From positions 39,072,150-39,136,149 of the forward strand of contig NC_068997.1 in assembly GCF_001194135.2 (NCBI RefSeq): DNA of 64,000 nt, written 5' to 3'. Each line of letters starts with the position of its first letter. Position 1 is the first letter of the stretch. This document shows, in pieces, positions 25,035 through 36,499 of the stretch. The notes under the pieces were generated by a model. It did no database searches. It worked only from the letters and a program-made list of their open reading frames with translations, and was not told where the DNA came from. The translations under genes and the position numbers were made by a program. Origin of the DNA: Octopus bimaculoides. Taxonomy: Eukaryota.

Positions 25035-27399
25035 CCCTTTGTGGATGTGGGACCGTCTAATAATTTGCTAGACTAATATTTTTCTTTTCTTCTGTTTTAG
25101 TTGTTCCAGAAGCATCCTTGTAATTTGATGTAATGAGACAAGTTTATAAAGCCTACACTGTAGAAAAGCAAGCAGATGAGGCAACTTATAGTCTTCGTTC
25201 ACAAATAAAGGATATCGCTCTGATATGTTTCATGTTTTGTTGGCCGATTTTTTAGGAGACAAGGACCTTTTACTGTTTTGCCCACGACGAAACCAAAACA
25301 ACACAAACGAACGAAGAGAGAAATATTAAGTCAATATATTAACTTCATAGTGAAAAAGAAAACAAGGCTTAGAAGACTTTTACGTTTCGGACTAGTTTCT
25401 TTTTCTGGGTGGAAAGAGTAGAAATATAAGAAAAAGAAATAATACAATGTGGCCATGGTTGTTCACGTCTCTGTTAGATCACGGTGTTCCTTTCTACCTC
25501 TATCTATTCTGTAATATTTTGTCGTAGGTTTATATCTGTTTAGTTATTTTAGGTAGTGTTACAAACTACCTCACTACTTTAATCTGACATTTTAAGTATA
25601 TTCCCATACGTAGTGAATTAAAAAAATTGTATTAAGTCAAATATTGCACCTATTTCCCTCCGTACCCTGCTTCCTGACCCTTCTCTTTCTTTATTCTGTT
25701 TCTTTTCTCCTCACCTTCTCACACGACACCTCTTGTTTGTCGTCTCTCTCCCCATTAAAATAACCCCTCAATTTAAGCTTTTCCGTTATTTCCTTGCCCT
25801 CTTTCCCCCCTCCCCACGCACACACACACACACACACACAAACACGCACACACATACATGTATATATAAGTATCAACAAAACGTTATATTTTCCTATTGT
25901 CAGGGCAAATATATTTTCTATTTTCTTAACTTTATATTAACTGATTTTTACGTAGACTATCATCAGTTTCCAAGAAATCCAAAAAGCCATTTTGAAATTA
26001 TTACTGTAATAAGTAATAATAGTGCATGTAAAGACATCTAAATTATTAAAAAAATATTAGAAGAATAGAATTACTGATATTTACGTTTTCAAATAATTCG
26101 TTATTACTAAAATTGAATTTAGTTAAAATTGGAGATCAGTATCAAATTAATCACGAAATGCTTTTATTATTGAATATGAATATTTCTCTTCTTTAAATAT
26201 ATAAACAGACACACATACGCACACATTCCTGCACACACTCACACACACCTACACATACTCTCACACACACTTTCTCTCACACACATGTGTACTTATTACC
26301 ACATGTAATTGATGATTATGTTGGGAACCACACTAGAAATTTTGTCAATCCTGCTAGCCCTCATGCATACACGATATTTTGATTTCATGCCAAGGAAAAA
26401 TTGAAATAGTTGATTAGTATATCAGAAGAACTATTTGAAAGTTATTGAAAGATTTTGGTGAAGATGAAGTAGAGAAACATGAGAACAAAGTGGTGGTCGA
26501 GAATTCGAAAGCATTCTTATTACTGTATGTGAACAATATGTTTTTTAATTATTTACTTTTCTTAAATTAAAAACATAAGCTATTTGCTTTTATAATATAA
26601 AACTACATTGTTTTAATGTCTATTGGTTTACTCTCCTACGAATAGATTATTTCAAAAGTTAATTTCAAGTATATTAATCGAGGTAAGGCGGACAAAAGCA
26701 ATTTACATTTTGGTATAGATTCTTATATCTAAAGAAGGTAAGTGTATTTAAGAAAGCAGGTCTTCAAAGAACGAAAGCATCCTATAATGAAAGCATTGTA
26801 TCATAATTAAGTTTGTTCAATAATATCCAATATCGCCAGTAATTTTGGAGAGTTGCTGATATTTTATTACCGAATTTGTTTATACACACTTACAAATATA
26901 TATTACACTATTTGTATATAGTCATAGGTTTGCGATTCAGTTCACCTCCAATTCGGTTCAAGTACGTAATGCTGATAAGTCACAAAAATCCATCTATTGC
27001 TCCTGAACGGAATTTGGAAGGAGTTGTATCACCTGTCTATGATATTCAGGCGTTTTAACATCCAGTGCTTTGAGGTAGTTATCTTCACCACGCTAAGTTG
27101 TAGCCTACCGGCGAACAAGCAAGATACGTGGATTGAGTATGTGCGTTCGATAATGTTTGCACCACTAGCACTGCTTCTAATTCATATTTGAATATATATA
27201 TATATATATANNNNNNNNNNNNNNNNNNNNNNNNNNNNNNNNNNNNNNNNNNNNNNNNNNNNNNNNNNNNNNNNNNNNNNNNNNNNNNNNNNNNNNNNNN
27301 NNNNNNNNNNNNNNNNNNNNNNNNNNNNNNNNNNNNNNNNNNNNNNNNNNNNNNNNNNNNNNNNNNNNCATACATGCATACATGCATACGTACATACAT

Positions 27400-27800
27400 A
27401 CACAAGGTGCGGTGGGTAAATTGTCGCCATTTTTAATTTTTAATTTTGTGCATGCACATTGTTTGGTTTTGATTTTGTCGACTACACAGTATAGTATGGT
27501 CAGTTGGGCATCTGTGATAAAAACAGCACCATAACGCATTTCATTCTGCCAGAAATTTGGAAACAACATGCTGTACATGGGACACAGTCATCTTCATTCG
27601 CCTTTGGGTTCTCTTCCCAAGTTTCTGGTTATAACCATTCTTTATACGTTCAAAATCTTTAAATCAGCAGCTATTTTCCCCAGGTTTACACCATCTTCTG
27701 TCTTCCTTCAAACTAAAAAACTAATTTCCTTTGAAAGCATTTTCATGTGAAAAAATAATTTCTGAAGCAAAGAAAGGTTTCTTGAATGACAACACTTATT
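27400..27800 (-). mobile_element. Tc1-like transposon terminal remnant
   Basis: Terminal caaggtgcggtgggtaaattgtcgcc resembles a Tc1 TIR, with decayed coding sequence upstream on the minus strand. Confidence 0.35.
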
Positions 27801-29643
27801 AGGCCACTGCATCTGCCTTCGCACGAGAAAATTTACATAAAAAAGTTTGAAAGGATTGTCCAAGGTGATGTTAAAGTAAACATTCTGTTATGTCTGAAAA
27901 ATAATGTTGCGTAATTTATAACAAAATATGCCAAGAGTGCTCGCAGTACAGAAAAGACTGGAACAAGCATCTTACTTTTAGTCAATTTACAGTTCACAAG
28001 TACAGGCTTAACCATTCTGAGTAACTCCACGAAATAAACTTCCTAGAAGTATAATTTCTCTGGTATCTTAAAAAATTGTCAACCCCCTGTACCCTATATC
28101 GAGTTCCGAAATCCTGTTCAAGGTTACTTCAAGTATCAAGCAGTATATTGGATTTATTTACGTACATTTTCCTAGATATAGGTAGTGAGCAAAGATATAT
28201 TTGTCTCAGCTCCAGGATGTGAGCTATCTAAGTTATTAAGTTATGTAGTCATAACAAATACTAAATGCTTAATGGAGGGCAGTAGAGAGAAAAGAAAAGA
28301 ACGTTTTCATACAAACGACGAAACCTCTCAAAACAAACGTGATTTAGCTGAAAAATTATCAAAACGTCTTATTCAGAGTATATTCAATTATAATCTATAT
28401 TTTTGCTTGAATATTTTTGGTCCCTCTACCTTGTGAATATGATATGTTTAACTATTCTCCTTTAATTTTCTCCCAACATCACAATAATAAATACCTTCCC
28501 CATTGTAATACTATCATGAAATCGTGGTAAAATTCAGTCATACTGAGAAAACCTATTAAAATCGTATTAACTCCAAAATGCTGTATGAGACCCTAAACAG
28601 TTCGTTAGTTTCTGGTTTTATTCGAATAACTTTAGGAGGAAAGATTAAATTTCAGAAAGAAAACATTTCGGAAAAGGAAAGCTATTTTCATATTCGTTTT
28701 TAAATAACGGTCCTTGCATGAATAATAGAATAATTCAAATTTTAATCTGTTTGTTCTAATATAGAAAACAACGATGTTTACATTTGTGAACAATCTATAG
28801 AGAAATTTAGTTTCCTCTCGTCTACACTTTTTCCATCTCTCTTTTCACAATTCACAAAATGAAATTTCCCTGGTTTTTGTAAAACATGGAATTTACCGAA
28901 AGTAAAGGAGCTCTCATAAACGATCTCCCTTTAAGTTGATTAACTAACAAAAAATCGCAAAAAACAATGAAGTTTAATTAATTAATTAATTTACCCTAAT
29001 ATCATCAAAAAAGTAAATAAAAACAAAAGCTCGCTCGAGAAAAACCACTATTTTGCTGCACATTTATATCTGTGTGTTTGAAATTTTATTTTTGGTAAAT
29101 GACGGAGCTAGAAAAAAAATAATCCATAAAAATATCAATTAATTTAATTAGAAATGAATTTAAAGCAAAGTTTGCCGAACTGAAGTTGAAAACTGTAAAA
29201 TTCCATTGAAATCGTGTATCATAATAATTTGAATAAAATCAGCGAACATCTATGAGGAGAATCTATAAATGGAGGTCAAAGGATTAGAATGACTCTATCA
29301 CTTTAATTTATTCATTCTAAATGAAATATGTCTGTCACGAGTAAATAACAATGTCGTGTACTTATGTCGTCCTCACGTAGCTTATGTAATGTTAATACGA
29401 TTCTTGTTTCATATCACCTGATAAAGAAACCTACTCAATGTTACTTTTTCATATTTGACACATATTTGTCAGTTTTGTAAAATTATCTTCTCCATAGAAA
29501 TTAGTTTGTCAGTTATTGTCGATACATTTTCAAGGTAGTTGATATATTAACGTCTAATCAAATAGGGCTTTCTAATGAATATATTCCCATATGTGATATT
29601 TTGAAATATGGTGAATCTGCTCCACATGTTTTAAAGATGTTGG

Positions 29644-29856
29644 GTTTGACATTTCCTTTTCTCCACAGTCCGTAGTTTTAACTGAGCTACGAAGGATCTG
29701 TGATGATGTTCTGGGTGAAGAAAAATTTAATATAGTGATTGGTGGAGTGACTGGGAGCACACAATAGAGATATGAAAGGCGAAGAAAATGGAGCTGCTAT
29801 GAGATCAACCAGCTCCGACGAGCAGAGACCCTTATAATGTTACTCCTTACAATTTT
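29644..29856 (+). repeat. Direct repeat copy 1 (~215 bp, begins with a strong 3' splice site)
   Basis: Roughly 85% identical by eye to 30711-30933. Confidence 0.9.
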
Positions 29857-29976
29857 TTAAAGTTAATTTAACGTTATATGAAACTAAATTTCCACATAGT
29901 TCACACATGATTAAAATATTGCTACGTACATATACAAGACACACAGTTGCTAGTTTATAATATTGTAATCTGATTA

Positions 29977-30185
29977 AGGTGGCGAGTTGGCAGAAAAGTT
30001 AGCACTCCCGGCGAAATGCTTAGCGGTATTTCGCCTGTCTTTGCGTTCTGAGTTCAAATTCCGAGGTCGACTTTGCCTATCATCCTTTCGGGGTCGATAA
30101 ATTAAGTACCAGTTACGTACTGGGGTCGATCTAATAGACTGGCTCCCTCCCTCAAGATTTCGGGCCTTGTGCCTAGAGTAGAAAA
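29977..30185 (+). mobile_element. SINE family B, full length
   Basis: Runs ggtggcgagttggcagaaaag..., B-box-like gagttcaaattcc, core ggtcgactttgcctatcatcctttcggggtcgataaattaagtaccag, and a tail ccttgtgcctagagtagaa. Confidence 0.9.
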
Positions 30186-30370
30186 AAATATTGTGAACTG
30201 ATTTTCAAAATAAATATTCCAGCTGATAATTAACCCTTTATTCTTCACCACTCTACAGTTATTAATATACCAACGCATTCTCTTCTGCCTCTGTCTTTTG
30301 AACCTTTCTCTCGTAAATTAGTAAAGTGTGTATCACATCTCTTTCGTTTATGTTTTAGCGTCGATTCAAC

Positions 30371-30593
30371 TACGAGGGAGTGCTGAAAAGTTTCTGGCTT
30401 TAAAGGTGTCTCGAAAGGCCTGGCTGGAGGCCCAATATTCCGAGTTCTTTTACAGGGCTTAGAAAAAGTGAAGGACCTCTGCAATAAGTGTGTGAATCTG
30501 AGAGAGGAATATGTCGAATAAAATCATAATTAACTGATCCCCCTGTACTTTTTTTTTTACCCAAAGCCAGGAACTGTTCAGCACCCACTCGTA
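30371..30593. mobile_element. Mariner-derived MITE (~220 bp) with ~30-bp TIRs and TA target-site duplication
   Basis: Left TAcgagggagtgctgaaaagtttctggcttt; right aaagccaggaactgttcagcacccactcgTA. Confidence 0.85.
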
Positions 30594-30710
30594 TAACTCA
30601 CTAAATACCAATAATGATTGTAAAAAAACGATTGTAATCCTCTTGCTTACATTTCTATATTTAAAACTGAACAGAATCAAAAAGAAATCAATCTTTGAAC
30701 AACGGCTTGC

Positions 30711-30933
30711 GTTTGACATTTCCTTTTCTCCACAGCCCGTGGTTTTAACTAGGTTTTAGCTACTAAGGACCTGCGATGATGTTCTGGGTGAAGAAGAATT
30801 TGATACAATGATTGGTGGAGTGACTGGGAGCACACAATATGGATATGAAAGGCGAAGAAAATGGAGCTGTTATGAAATCAACCAGCTCCGACTAGCAAAG
30901 AAACCATTATAATGTTACTCCTTACAATTTTTC
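30711..30933 (+). repeat. Direct repeat copy 2
   Basis: See copy 1. It carries a 6-nt insertion near its 5' end. Confidence 0.9.
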
Positions 30934-31224
30934 AATAATGACTGAATGCTATAAGAGTAACTTTTTTGACCATGTTAACCCATTAAGTCCCAGAGTACTT
31001 GAATTTCTGAATACTACTTTAAAATTTTTACAAATGATTGAAAATAGGTTAAAATGAAAAGAAATAATTATTAGAATGCCTTTACTTCAAGTAGAAATGG
31101 AAATACTCGGAAATACTGAAACAATGTGATATAGCTTATTTAATACAGTTCTATATTTTAGAGATGAGGAATTATGTACATTATTTACATTAGACGGATA
31201 TTTACCCTCATCTTGTTTGTTGTT

Positions 31225-31270
31225 AACAGAACGTTTCAGCTGATATAACCTCCAGTCTTCTTCAGGTGTC
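31225..31270 (-). ncRNA. Minimal type I hammerhead ribozyme fold in the PLE terminal region (partly mutated)
   Basis: Minus strand gacac-CTGAAGA-agactgg-aggttata-tcagct-GAAAC-GTT-ctgtt. Both core boxes are present, with stem II, a palindromic AACGTT stem III and stem I gacac/ctgtt (one mismatch, one wobble). PLE-associated minimal hammerheads are established. Confidence 0.7.
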
Positions 31271-31352
31271 TTGGGGAAAATTTCGAACCTGGGTTCTCAT
31301 TTCTAAGGCATTTTCCGATGTTATTATTATTATTATTATTATTATTAGTGTT

Positions 31353-31426
31353 CAGGTCACTGCTTGGAATCGAACTCGGAATCTTGGGGTTAGTAGCCCG
31401 CTCTCTTAACCACTACTCCATATGCC
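31353..31426 (-). promoter_or_regulatory. tRNA-like module with Pol III A and B boxes inside the PLE 3' region (not a functional tRNA)
   Basis: GGCATATGGAGTAGTGGTTAAGAGAGCGGGCTACTAACCCCAAGATTCCGAGTTCGATTCCAAGCAGTGACCTG. A box TGGAGTAGTGG at 31420-31410, B box GTTCGATTC at 31375-31367. The anticodon-like loop is CTACTAA, and the stems are imperfect. Confidence 0.7.
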
Positions 31427-33280
31427 CGTGGGCAATTATGGGGTGAATTTTAGGGCTTATAAATCTAATCTTTTTCTATCCTTCCTTAATACCGGTTCCC
31501 ATATGCTGATCATATATGCACTCGGTCTGCTTAGGAGGTTGTTGTGTCCTAGCATAAGTGCTGCTTCTTTTAGTTTTCGTATTTTCCAGTGGTGTTCTCT
31601 GTCTATTATTTTAACTTCATGCCACAGGGGGAGGTGGTCTCCATTTTCCCATACATGATCAGCTATACCCGATTTATCAATATCTCCTCGTATCACAGCT
31701 TGGTGATGTTCCTCTATCCTTATTTTGAGGGAGCGGCATGTTTCGCCTTTGTATAACCTACCACAGCTGTATGGGATGGAGCATACGCAGTCTTTGGTCA
31801 TATTCTCTTCTATTGATGGTTTTGCCCGAAGGAGATATTTGCGAAATGTTGTATTACTCTTGAATACTGTCCTGATGTCATATGAGCCGCATATCTTTTA
31901 TATCTTTTCGGAGAGGCCTTTCACATCGGGTAGACAGACTGTGAACAGTTTATTGGCCTCATCCTCTCTCTTCTTCATAATTGAGGTAGTTGTCAAGCTC
32001 AGATCGTTGTTGAGCTTTTTCATTTCTTCGTGGTGTGTATCACGATCGCTACTTATATTCTTTGCACGATGTTTTAGGCAGTGAGCAATCCCTCTCTTTA
32101 CACTATATGGATGGTGGGAATTGAAGTTGAGGTATCGTCCAGGAAAGGTCGGCCTGCGGTATACGGATGTCCTGAATCCATACTTGGTGCGTGTTATTAG
32201 TACGTCCAGCAATGCCAGCTTATTTTCTTTTTTCTTTTCCATTGTGAACTGTATAGATGGCTTTATTGAGTTCACATGATTTAACAGCACCTGGACATCT
32301 TCCTGGTGGGGCCAGAGTATAAAGGTGTCATCAACATATCGCAGCCGTAGGGTTGGTTTTAGTGGTGTTGATCCTAAAGCCAAATTCTAAAAGTATTCCA
32401 TGTATATATTGGCTATTACCGGTGATAATGGCAAACCCATAGCTAAACCCTCTTCTTGTCGATATATATCAGTGTCCATACTGAAGTAGGTAGTTTCTAC
32501 ATAGAGGATTAACATTTCTATCAAGTTTCTTATTGGTATACTAGTGCGTTCTTTTAGATGGATGTCTGTCACTAGTTATTCTTGTATCACCGATAGTGCT
32601 TCACCAGTTGGGACTTTGGTGAACAGGCCAATCACATTTAGACTCACCATCTGGTTGATTAATTCTGTGAAGTAGGTGGAATTCTTCACGTACGATGTTG
32701 ACTTTCCTGCTAATGGACTGATTATATCCAAAAGGAAGCGGCTCACTATAGGTCTTAATGGAATACCATCCTTTTGAATCTTAGGAAGACCGTTTACTAG
32801 TTTATTGTGGTGTTGAGTCAGTTGTCTGTACTTCATTGGTGTAAAGCGATCCTTGTTATTGATCAAGATCTGTGACAACTTCCTCTCTTTAGGGTCTTTC
32901 TTTACTTTGTTGTAGCTACCATCACTAAGACTTGCCAATTTTTCGGAGTAGTCAGACTTGTTCATCACCACTGTAGCATTTCCCTTGTCCGCTGGAAGTA
33001 TTATGATGGAATTGTCACTCAGTTGTCTTTTGATAGCGAACTTTTCTTCAAAATCACAGCTTTGCTGGGATGAGCTGAAAAATTCACTGATGCTACACTC
33101 TGTTCCTTCGACTAAATAAGGATAATAACGTCTAAGGTATGTTACAAACAACTCAAGAAACTATCATGTACTATAACTTAGGCTCGTAGGTGCATGTATG
33201 AATGAGTGTGTATCTGTTTAAGTAAAACTATTACGCTTGATGCCAATCTGTGTGTGTGTTGTGTATATTTACTTGTCATC

Positions 33281-33354
<74 letters not shown>

Positions 33355-34837
33355 TAGTACATTTATTACGTTTGGTATCTAGGTATTGTGTTCGCTATGT
33401 CGCCTGTGTCAACAATAGAAGATATTTTTTATACATTTATTTGCATTTCTGAAACTGTCTTAATAAGCCTAAAACTAACTTCTAGATAGCATTAGCAGAA
33501 CCAATATACCTTTGTTAAGTTATAATGTAGTGAAAAAGAAAAGATGAAATGATTGATCCAACAATATTTTCGGATACCAGTATAAAATCGGGACATATTT
33601 TTTAGAGAGAAGAATTTTTCGAGGAGTTTTGATTTTCTTTCCTTTCTCAAACATATTAACAAAATAACTTAAGTGAAGTGAGCTCAGCTGGAAAACACAA
33701 AATTGATTTTCCAAACCTTATGAAAAATTAAAGAAAACCAGCATTAACTGTAATGGTTATAATAGCGAATAATTTGGTAAATGATTATTTATACTATTCC
33801 ATCCATTATTTTCCTCAAATAATATTTTAAATTCTGAACGCATTTGTCAAATTACAAAATTTGTTTTATAAAAATATTTCAGAGTGATGCTGACCAGGTA
33901 CTTAATTCTGATAGTTCCCAAATTGATTTATGAAAGCTGGGATTGACTTGTGCTTTTTTTTGTCGATAAATTACTATTTTGAACATAATTACATGAAAGG
34001 CTAAATTGTACAAAGTTTCTTTTATCTAAAAACACACCTATATAAAATTGATAACCGATATTCTTTACATTCATTCTCAGATTAAATCATGAAATAATGG
34101 CTGTTATAGTTTTGGTTTTAATCATTGTCATTTTGATATGAAAATGTAACGATATTGCAATTTACTATCATTGACTATTTATGATCACAAGGGTCACACA
34201 AACTCTGATAGGAAATCAATAGTTAAAGACGAATATCAATTTCTTGTTCTCCAGAGGAAGTCTAAATCTTGTTGAAGTTGACATCACCACTCAGCACAAT
34301 AAAATGTCTGTGGCAAGTTCTCTCTGTAAAATCGTCCATGGGCCAAGCCATAAGAAAAACTACTATTACACATTAATAAATGTGTGCGCAAAATGATGCG
34401 TGGAATTACGTCCTTTGTTTCAGAAATTATCTTCGTGATTTCCTGAATAGAAAACTGTAAAATAGGTATCAGATTGAAGTAAATATTGGAATTGATATGT
34501 TTGACAGTGGTGCTCCTAGCAGGATGCTACCCAATGAATGAAACCAGTATTATAATTATAGAATAAAAAAAAAAAGTGACTGGACTTCTGCCAGATGGGA
34601 AACTATTTAGATTTGGATTAGAGGTAATACATTTGTCATCGTTCTTTTGTTCCCTACTCCAAGAAAAGAAACTGATGCATATTTTTCCAGTGAAGACGCC
34701 ACAAATATTTCTTGTAGTTACAAGTTGAATATTGAAGTCATGAAGTAAATACAATTGTACCTTTTTTATGCAAAAGAAGATAAATCTTTTCTAAAAGTTA
34801 TACAAATTTCATGTGGTAACTTAGAATTAAATGACAT

Positions 34838-34950
34838 ATGCGAGGTGCGTTCAAAAAGTATTCGGCCTTGGGGAATAAAAAACAAAACAAGAACAATTTT
34901 GCACATTTCACACATTTTATTAAATCACCTTCAAAATACTATATGTATAA
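34838..34950 (+). mobile_element. Mariner 5' TIR fragment
   Basis: tgcgaggtgcgttcaaaaagtattcggcc resembles the mariner terminus tacgagg..gttcaaaaagt. Confidence 0.45.
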
Positions 34951-36499
34951 TATTATATATTATGTAGTTCAGCTGGGCATTACATACTTAATGCAATGAG
35001 CCGAAGAAAGTGCCATCAATTAAAATGAAACTAGTAATGAAAAGAATAATCATTAATCATCAGTGATAATCAATGACAAGAAAAGTAAGGGAAATAACTC
35101 AGGAATCCGAATTCATGAAAACTTGAATTGTAGCTTATAGTGGAGTGCAGTTCGATAGGCAAGTACAATTATGACGTCAATCATTCAGTAACATTAGAAG
35201 AAAGGGTCATTTCAAAGTACTTATGAACTCCTCTGCTTCCTTTTCTTCCTCCTCTGTTTTTTTTGTGGTTTGTAATTAGAAATTTAAATCTTTTATAATA
35301 CAAAGTATCACAGCACACGTGATGGTATTCAACACATACACTATGTTAAACTTTCTACGTATTTGTAAATACACATAGCTTATACAAGGTGTATATATAT
35401 ATATACATATATATTATTGTACACGCGTGTGTGTGTATGTGTGTTGAAAGGCTGCGTTATATGCTAGAAACTATTTCCAAAACTTTTCGAAAATCTGAAA
35501 ACTTCTTAAAGATTTCGCGAGTTAGCGTTTTTCTTTTTCTGTGTGTTGAAGTTGATACACCCAACAAGCTGTTTATATCCATTTACTATGACAAGCCAAA
35601 CTTTCGACTAGCATTTATTGTCGCCGAGTCCAATTCATTCTACTTCTATATCTTAGTTTCATTTTATCGTGGTTAATAAGAATGAACTAAGAAGAGATAA
35701 AGCTGAGAAACATTAAGAAATGGATTAAGTTATCGTTGAAAAATGTTAATTTTTCAATAATTAACGTCTATTCATGTTTCTGCAGAGAAGACTTTCGCTA
35801 TAAGCAGTTTCAAATGACAAGCATACACAGCCGTGTTTTATTTCCGCCGAGCGATGATCGAGAGTAAAAACAGTCGTCAATAGGAAGAAAGTGATTACCA
35901 GAGCTCATAGCAAGCACTATTGATTTATGAAAAGCTAAAACAGGTGATAAAGAATAGTGAAGAGTTCAATTTCTCTGAGAGACTAAACCTTGTGTGAGGT
36001 TCTCTCAAAAAGATAGAAGAATACCATCAATTTACTTGAAAACAGCCCCATTTGGCCATAATTTTGCAGAAGTTGTTTGTTTTTGCAGAAGGTGTATGTA
36101 AAGTGAATGTTTAGAAGTAACAGAGAGAGCAAAATAACCGGGAACATAAGCAAAAATAAGACGACAAAAAAAAAAAAAAGAGGTATAAGAACGTAGAAAT
36201 GACATATACTTTCATTGTAAAGACGTGACAATTAAAAAAAAAGGCTTTCTGAGTGGCTGGGTGGGAGGAATTGACAAAAGCATTTTACATGACTTTATGT
36301 GTTGAAATATATACACATATATATATGTGTGTATGTGCTTGTCACACACAAACACATATATATGTGTGTGTATGTGTGTAAGTATGTTTGTGTGTATGTG
36401 TGTTTGTGTGTATGTGTTTGTGTGTACGTGTGTCTGTGTCAAAAATCTCTAAGGAGAGATTAACGGCAGGAGGTCTTCAGAGAGGAAACCTCCCCTCAT

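Larger units (their letters stand above)
31150..33151 (-). mobile_element. Penelope-like retroelement (RT + C-terminal GIY-YIG, Penelope/Poseidon-type), near-complete but frameshifted
   Basis: RT motifs ILPADKGNATVVM, GLPKIQKDGIPLRPIVS, GLAMGLPLSPVIANIYMEYF, LRYVDDTF and GRYLNFNSHHP. GIY-YIG reads CVCSIPYSCGRLYKGETCRSLKIRIEEH...KLKEAALM (31457-31801). Confidence 0.95.

Noticed and set aside
25375-25420. Hammerhead-like rc sequence ccagaaaaagaaactagtccgaaacgta
   Set aside because: GAAAC is present but the CUGANGA core is destroyed (cagaaaa); at best a dead PLE-terminal relic.
26640-26760. Two adjacent strong donors (gag|gtaagg, aag|gtaagt) suggesting micro-exons
   Set aside because: The implied intron of ~40 nt is too short and there is no supporting coding context.
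31353-31426. Genuine tRNA-Ser(ACT) gene
   Set aside because: Acceptor, anticodon and T stems do not pair properly and ACT-anticodon tRNAs are atypical in eukaryotes. Kept only as a tRNA-derived promoter module.
34240-34760. Protein-looking open frames (GSLNLVEVDITT..., VTGLLPDGKLFRFGLE)
   Set aside because: Frames of this length are expected by chance in 64 kb, and no consistent exon structure was found.
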